DNA of 64,000 nucleotides, from assembly GCF_009914755.1 (NCBI RefSeq), contig NC_060929.1. One strand, 5' to 3'. The notes beneath the pieces were generated by a model. That model did not search any database. It saw nothing but the letters and a program-made list of their open reading frames with translations, and was not told where the DNA came from. Made by a program: the position numbers and the translations under genes. Position 1 is the stretch's first letter. Each line of letters opens with the position of its first letter. This stretch comes from the human T2T-CHM13v2.0 reference genome, Homo sapiens. Below, piece after piece: positions 56,560-64,000 of this stretch.

Positions 56560-56924
56560 TGATATGGTTTGGCTGTGTCCCCACCTAAATCTCACCTTGA
56601 ATTGTAGCTCCCATAATTCCCTCGTGTTGTGGGAGGGACCCAGTGGGAGATAATTGAATCATGGGGGGCAGTTTCCCCCATACTGTTCTCATGGTAGTGA
56701 AAAAGTCTCATAAGATCTAACGGTTTTATAAGCGGAAACCCTTTTTGCTTGGTTCTCATTCTCTTCTCTTGTCTGCCACCATGTGGGACGTGACTTTTGC
56801 CTTCTGCCATGATTGTGAGGCCTCCCCAGGCACACGGAACTGTGAGTCCATTAAACCTCTTTCTTTTGTAAATTGCCCAGTCTCAGGTATGTCTTTATCA
56901 GCAGCATGAAAATGAACTAATACA
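56560..56924 (+). mobile_element. THE1 (C/D-type) solo LTR
   Basis: TGATATGGTTTGGCTGTGTCCCCAC...ACTAATACA, 365 bp, exact 5-bp TSD GACCC. Confidence 0.95.
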
Positions 56925-57350
56925 GACCCTTTCTGTCTAATGTAGTGGTGGGGTGAAGGGAGATAGATGTGGGCAGTGGGGCAGTGGCCGGTGAAAATCT
57001 CTTGCAAACCAAATGCTAAAAGTTAGTTGACTATGTACTGGTTCCTGCCATTCTCGACTGGAGCAGAGGAACATGATTTAAGTCCTGGTGTCATCTCTCA
57101 TAAGTGTGCGTCTGGGGACAGCAGAAATAAAAGGTGACAGAGCCAGCCCTTGTTAAATGATTCCAGTGCCTGATACTCACTTGAAATAAGTATTTCTCAA
57201 ATAAGAAGGTAGAGAGACCTAAAAGAAAGTAAATTTGGAAGAGATAAGCAGAAGTTAAAAGGAGTTGGAGAATAGATGAATGCAGCATCATGAACCCAAA
57301 GAAAGAGTCTTGAAAAGGAATGGCTTTTTTTTCCATAAAAGTAATAGTCA

Positions 57351-57906
<556 letters not shown>

Positions 57907-58274
57907 TTATTTCTGGTATATGGCTTCTAGCATAGTGCTTTACTCAATAAATGTTGGTCGTGTGAATATTTTGAAATATTTCCAGGAATTGTAGCTTCTA
58001 GAAATTTAAGCTGTGGGCAATGCCACATGCCTATGCATATAAATTTTGGAAGGAATCTTAGCTCCCATCTTAGATCATATTCTGAGGCCAAGTTTAATTG
58101 ACTCACATTAAGTAAAATGAATTTTATGTATGTGGAGGAAACGAAGAACTAAATTATCTCTGGAATATTTTTGATATGATGGGAGCAAATTATGAGCCTT
58201 TTGGAAAAGAATGATAAGAGCACTCTGCAGCATCAGCAACTGCAGTGCACTGATGAAACTTTATGATCCTTGGT

Positions 58275-58924
58275 GCATTCATTTATTTATTCACTTAACG
58301 AAGATTGGCTAACTGTCTACTAAGTACTTGGGGCTAACATTGAGGATACAGTGGTGAATGAAACAGACAGACTTGCCGTTGAGTTCATAAGCTTATATTT
58401 ATGGAAGATGGACAGTAAACAAATAGATTTATATTGTAATATCAGGAAGTGCTCAGTGTTATGAAGAAAAATGAAGCAAGGTGTTCAGGGAAGGCCTCCC
58501 TGGGACAGATGATATGAGGAAACAGGACTCCATTCAGCAAGAGGGAGCAGCTGCAAAGAGCCCAAGGTGTGAGGGAGCTGGAAACACCACTAGGCCAGGG
58601 CGATGGAACAGAGGGAGTGAGGGAAAGGGCGGTAGGGAGTGAGGGCTGAAGGCAGCGGGGGCAGGGATTGGGTCACGTGGGCCTTGCAGGCCATGGTAAA
58701 GCTCTGTGGAAAAGCACCATAGACAAGCAGACGTGGAGCAAGTGGGCCGTTACAGTGCTAGTGAGATTTCCAAGTGACACTGGGTGAAGTTGGGGCTCAG
58801 GTGGGAGCAGGAGGGTGGAGGGGAAGTGGTCAAACACTGACTGTTTCCTCTGTGGAGCTGACAGAATTTGCTAAAGGACTGGATGTGGAGTGAGAGGGAA
58901 AGTGAGGAGTCAAGGAGGTCTCCA

Positions 58925-58925
<1 letters not shown>
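58275..58925 (-). mobile_element. L2
   Basis: CATTCATTTATTTATTCA start; ...GGCCTTGCAGGCCATGGTAAAG...GGACTGGATGTGGAGTGAGAG; resumes near 59950. Confidence 0.75.

Positions 58926-58927
<2 letters not shown>

Positions 58928-58975
<48 letters not shown>
58928..58975 (+). repeat. (TG)24 microsatellite
   Basis: Read directly. Confidence 0.95.
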
Positions 58976-58978
<3 letters not shown>

Positions 58979-59200
58979 AAAATAAACTTACTTTTAGAAC
59001 ACCTTCAGATTCACAGAAAAATTGAAAGGATAGTGCAGTTTGCTTATTATTAATAACATCTTACATAAGTATGGCACATGTGTTACAAGTAATGAGCCAA
59101 TATTGCTACATTTTTATTAACTAAAGCCCATACTTGTATTCAGTTTCCTTAGTTTTTACCTAATGCCTTTTTCTGTTCCAGGATCTCATGCAGGATACCA

Positions 59201-59682
59201 CGGAGAGACTGAATACCCAGTGGGTAATGACAGACCATATATAAAAACAGAGCTCTGACCCACAACCTGTAGCAACCAGTCCAGGAAGCTAAACAACAAG
59301 CCCTATAGCAATTGGCCCCACATGGCCAGAACCTAATGACAAACAGCTTCTGTAATTTTTGCCGCAGCTTCCAACTTAAGACAAACTAAAGAAAGCCATT
59401 TAAGTCCCAAGTACTTAGGAGGCACTTGAATGGTCGACCAATCTCTGTTAAATGAATGACTGCACCCTTAACCCTGCTTCTGTTTGGCCCACCTACAGCT
59501 TCCCCATGATAAAAGCCTCCAATCTGAAGCTTCTCTTTTTCCCACTCTGAAGCTTTTCCACTGCTGTGAGTCTGCCTTTGAGTTTCCACCAAATGCAAGT
59601 GATGGTGGCTACTCCTCTGCTATAGTAAGCTCTAAATAGCCTTTTCTTGCTCTAATTTAGGTTCTCTTTGTTTCTTTCCACA
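59201..59682 (+). mobile_element. ERV1-type solo LTR (MER39/MER34-like) nested in an L1M 3' end (58976-59945)
   Basis: AAAACAGAGCTCTGACCCACAACCTG... and CTGCTATAGTAAGCTCT..AAATAGCC motifs; the L1 resumes CATTTAGCTGTCAT. Confidence 0.6.
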
Positions 59683-60639
59683 GCACAGTACATTTAGCTG
59701 TCATTGTCTTCTTAGGCTCCTCTTGCCTATGACAGTTTCTCAGGCTTCTCTTGTTTTCAATGACCGTGACAGTTTTGAGGAATACTGGCCAGATATACTG
59801 CAGAATATCTCTCTATTCTCATGATTACACTGGGATTACGGTTTTGAAGGAGGAAGACCACCGAGGAAAAGTGTCATTTTCATTACTTTATATCAAAAGT
59901 ACATTCTCTCAACATGACTTATTACTGGTGATGTTGGATTGGACCCATGGTGCTTTTTATCAGAGCAACTAGAAAAGCATAGTTGCCATTTACCGAGTAG
60001 GAAGAGTACAAGAGGGGCAGGATATTTTGGGGAAACACTGAGAGTTTTAATTAGTCTCCTGCCTAGACACCAAAGTGAAGCTATTAAACAGTTGTAGAGT
60101 TTAGGAGAGAAGTTATGGTTGGACATATAGAGATGGAAGTCATTAGCATACAGATGTTGTTTAAGGCTGTGGACTGGTGAAGATCACTGGGAGCTTGAAA
60201 AGAAGTACAAGTACTACCTACTGGATCATTTCAACAGGAATTTTTACTACAAATAAGGATAGCTGTGTTTTTTCCATGTTAAAATTTTTTTTATCTCTTT
60301 TTACATTGTTACTTTAAATGAAAGGCTTCTATCTCACTACTTAAGTGTGTTGGCTATGTTATTTTGTACATGTCCTTTATCAGGTTAATGATTGCTTCTA
60401 TTCCTAGTTTAACAAGAGTTATGAGTAAGAGTTCAATTTTATCAAATGTTTTTAACTGTATCTACTGGTATTATCAGATTCCTTTTCTTTTTAAATTTGG
60501 TAAATCATCAATAAATTTTTCTGACGTAGGACCACTCTTCTATTCCTGGGAGGAAAACAACATTACTTAGTCACAATGTATATCATCAATCATCATCATC
60601 ACTATCACCCAATTCAATTTTCTAACATTTCACCTAGAA

Positions 60640-60726
60640 TTTTTTTTCTTTTTTCTTTTTTTCTTTTTTTTTTTTTGTTTGTTTGTTTGCAGGGCTAACT
60701 CCGAGGCAGTGTGCCCAGAGTTAGCC
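60640..60726 (-). mobile_element. Tiny polyadenylated hairpin retrocopy (ERV1 LTR-derived?)
   Basis: ~49-nt T-rich tail abutting a 38-nt GC-rich body, interrupting an old L1M. Confidence 0.6.
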
Positions 60727-62056
60727 TTTTCATCTATGTTGATAAGGGAGAATGTCTTATTTTCTTTTGTCTAGTTAGGAAGCTAACCATAATGAATGCT
60801 CACTACAGAAATCATTTAACTATCCCTCACTCATCAGGGGAGGAAATTAAAGCTCAGAGAAGGTAACCCTCAGACAAGAGTTGCTTTCTTAATTAGTGGC
60901 AGAAGCTGTGCTAGATTCCTAATCTAGTGTATTTTCCACCTAACCCTGCTGACCTGCTTAGAAGCAGTTAGTTCTATGAGATAGGAAGCAGAAGGACACC
61001 AAATGGCTGTTCCCATGCAGCTGGTTTGATTGGGGAGTTACATAAATTGGACTCATTCACCTCACAGGCTCTCTTGTCAAAATTTCACTTCTAAGCATTA
61101 AAGAAATGCTGAATTGACAAAAGAAAAAGCACATGGCCCTGAGCTTTAAATATTGCTTGAAAATGAAGGTGCTTGTAGGAACAATTGTGTTATGTTTCCT
61201 TTTCTAAACTATCATAAAAATTAAAAGGGAAAAGTGGAATGTTCTGTGAATTAAAAGTCTTGAGAAACACTACTACAGATATAAATATTTAGGAGGTATC
61301 ATGCACTGAGAGCTATTGCTTGAAGTTATGCAAACTTTTAACTTTGTAAAAACACAAAATTCTAGAAAACAATTAGAATACTCTGCAATATGTTATTGCA
61401 TATTAACAGGGATTCCTTGGCCAGAGAACTAATTTTAGTGGCATGGTTTCTTATTCAAAGGAAAATTTCAAATTTTTCAAAAGAAACATTTGTTCTGTCT
61501 CCTACAAGAATATTTTTAGTGAACTCATATTTGGAGGAGAAAAAAGATGATTATGAGGACGTTTTGCTATGTGTGTGCTGCACATGAATCTTAATAGAAA
61601 ATTCAACTAAATTCAAAACATGTTCGTAGTACTCACTCACGTAAAAATTTGAATGTAGTGGTATTCTAAACCCAAAGTTACTACCATCAAGGAGCTCATA
61701 AATGAATAGAGAATATAAGCATGTACAGCCAACAATACTACAATGTAAAAAGATTTTATGGTAGAAGAAAACTTTGAGCAAGTCCTTGAAAAGTGAAGAA
61801 TACCTATTAGTAGAAGGTGGAAAGGGAAAAACATGCTCAGGTAAAGGGATTGATAGGGGCAAAGGTGCATGGCTTCAGGCTTCGGTAGGGCAGATTCTTG
61901 CAGTGGGTGCCTGGGAAATATGGAGCAGGATGTAGGAAAAGGAGAAGAGTCTAGAAAGCAAGAGTAAGTTGAGTTTTTAAGATTTTACCATATGAGAAAG
62001 AAGGAGTGATAGACGTTTTCATAAATATGTATTTGAGAAAAATAATTGAGTTTGCT

Positions 62057-64000
62057 CTTCTTTTTTCTTTTTCTTTCTTTTTTTACAATTTAAGATTACT
62101 GTATTTCCTTGTAAGAGGAATGTTTCAATAAATTTTACAGGTGTCAATCAACCCTTGTTCAAATTGGTCACATATCAAATCTAGCATCATGGGTGTTTTA
62201 TTTATTTGCAAGTGAATTTTAACTATCATAACAAATGCCAATATACTACGCAAAACATCCACAGGAACTTTTTTCATCTTTTTTTGAATTGTACACAAAC
62301 ATTTCCTACATAATCCAACATACAACAGAGAAATGGTACATCTTTTTCTTTCAATTTGCATACAATGGAAAAACAAGTATATATGTATTTTATAAAGTTT
62401 AATAAGACATTAGAGCAAGTTGACAGTTTATAGGTGAGAAATTATCTAATAAAAATAATCAGTTTTTTTCAGCATCAGTCACTTCCATAACCAAGTGTTA
62501 TTCTGATTAATAAAACTTGCTGCCAATCAGAATTCTGGTATATACTCATACCATTACTCAATTTGTAGTACTGCTCCCCACTTTAGTTCTTCACAACCAC
62601 TAACATATAAAATTGTTGAAAAGCAGGGGCAAGCATTTGCAAAAACAAACAAAAAATGCCCAGCTTTTTATAAGCATGAATATGTATGTTGGAATTTCTT
62701 CCCAGAAATAGGCTTTCAAACCATCAAGAAATCACCAGAACTAAGTTTGCCGAGTTATTTTGCCTATGTCCAAGAAGAGATGCACTTACATATCCAACAG
62801 AGGAGCTGAAAATCAAACTTAGTGTTTAGTTTGGGGGTGGAGAAATTCAGCCACCATTTTAAAATGACTGTCTTAAAAAAAATGACCACAAAAAATAGGT
62901 TCACTAAATTTATTTTAAAAATCATAAAATGTTTCTTTAAAAAGAGCATTATATTCTGCACACTGCTCTGAACAGATGCCAGGGACATGTGGACTATTGT
63001 TACTTTTCCTCCCTGTCCCACCCCCCAAATGTTACAGTGACCACAAAGCAAGGTGTTCGCAATAATTACATGGGGGGAATTTTTTTTAAACCATCAACAA
63101 TAACAAAAAATAAAATCCACTCACTCTGCTGCTGTTTCAAAATTTCAATGTTAGTTTTTGCACGCCCTTCCCCCACAACCCTATTTGTAAGGAACTAAAA
63201 CATTACATCTGGTGAACAGCAAAGATTTCACTACACTTCAAATGCAGAACACCTACAAAGCAGAGGAATGTTGGCTTTTTAAACAGAAGCAAATAAAAAA
63301 AAAAGATGCAGGACTCCTCCAGTTCTTCACTAGTCTTAGAAAAACTTTCCAGAATACTGCTACACATTGTTCTGCAGCAAATATTGTGCATTCTGTATCT
63401 GGTCCTGTGTTCCTGTAATGATAGTGATCTGATCTTCGGATCCTTCTAAAGGCTCATCAATTTTGATTGAAGCTCCCAACTCATGACCGATTTGTTTAAT
63501 CCGCTGACCACCTTTGCCAATAATAGATCCAGTCAAATCTTTGGGAATAGTTACTTGTGCAGTAGTAATAGGTCCACCAAGATCACCATATGAGCCACCA
63601 ATCCCTGCATAGGAATAATCATATCCGGAGCCACCCTGTGGTTCATAAGCCATCTGCCATTCCGATGGGCTCCATGTATCTATTGCAGAGTTCCAAGTTT
63701 CATCAGGACTGAAACCAACCATGCCATCGTAACAGTCTCCAGGTCTCCCTCTTCTGTCATAGGCCATTAGGTCTTCCCCTCTAGGTGGTGGTGGTGGAGG
63801 AAGAGGAAGATTCCGAGCTCTGCTACCACCCCGGCCACCTCGTCCAGTAAGAGGAGGAGGTGGTCCTCGATGAGGGCTCATATCTCTTCTAGATGGAGGC
63901 ATGGGACGCCCACCCCAACCAGGAGGCATTCTGTCAAAACCACCTCTTCCCCACATTGGAAATCCCACTGGGCATCCAGGGCGGTCATCAAACATCATTG
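62057..64000 (-). pseudogene. HNRNPKP1: Processed HNRNPK pseudogene (KI/RGG region, KH3, 3' UTR, poly-A remnant); continues past the window end
   Basis: ORF 63360..63998 matches the intronless hnRNP K C-terminal half ([37 protein letters not shown]). It has a premature TAG at 63360-63362, a 9-nt deletion, and a T-tract at 62057-62084. The P1 symbol is assigned from recalled position next to MEGF10. Confidence 0.93.

Overview
Primate (most likely human) genomic DNA, + strand. The first 13 kb hold the last four coding exons of MEGF10 (cytoplasmic tail ...SKNNQLF...SSSSSE*) and a ~3.9 kb 3' UTR. About 49 kb of repeat-rich intergenic DNA follows (Alu, L1, L2, MIR, Tigger1, MER and LTR elements). 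The window ends in a processed HNRNPK pseudogene on the - strand that runs off the edge. From recall this fits 5q23.2 (MEGF10 - HNRNPKP1 - PRRC1); I could not verify that here. I found no new protein-coding system, and most of the ORF track is repeat-derived noise. The most interesting signals are structural. (1) A twin-primed L1PA2 carries a 3' transduction that matches alpha-satellite, implying a (peri)centromeric source element. (2) A 66-nt patchwork of locally templated segments looks like a fixed Pol-theta/template-switch repair scar. (3) An Alu has its middle overwritten by ~100 bp copied from 2 kb downstream. (4) There is a tailless 5'-half tRNA-Val retrocopy. (5) A probable ancient L1 3' transduction sits inside an MST LTR. 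(6) There is a ~40-nt polyadenylated hairpin retrocopy. Repeat subfamily names come from remembered consensus sequences, and boundaries are approximate unless TSDs are given.
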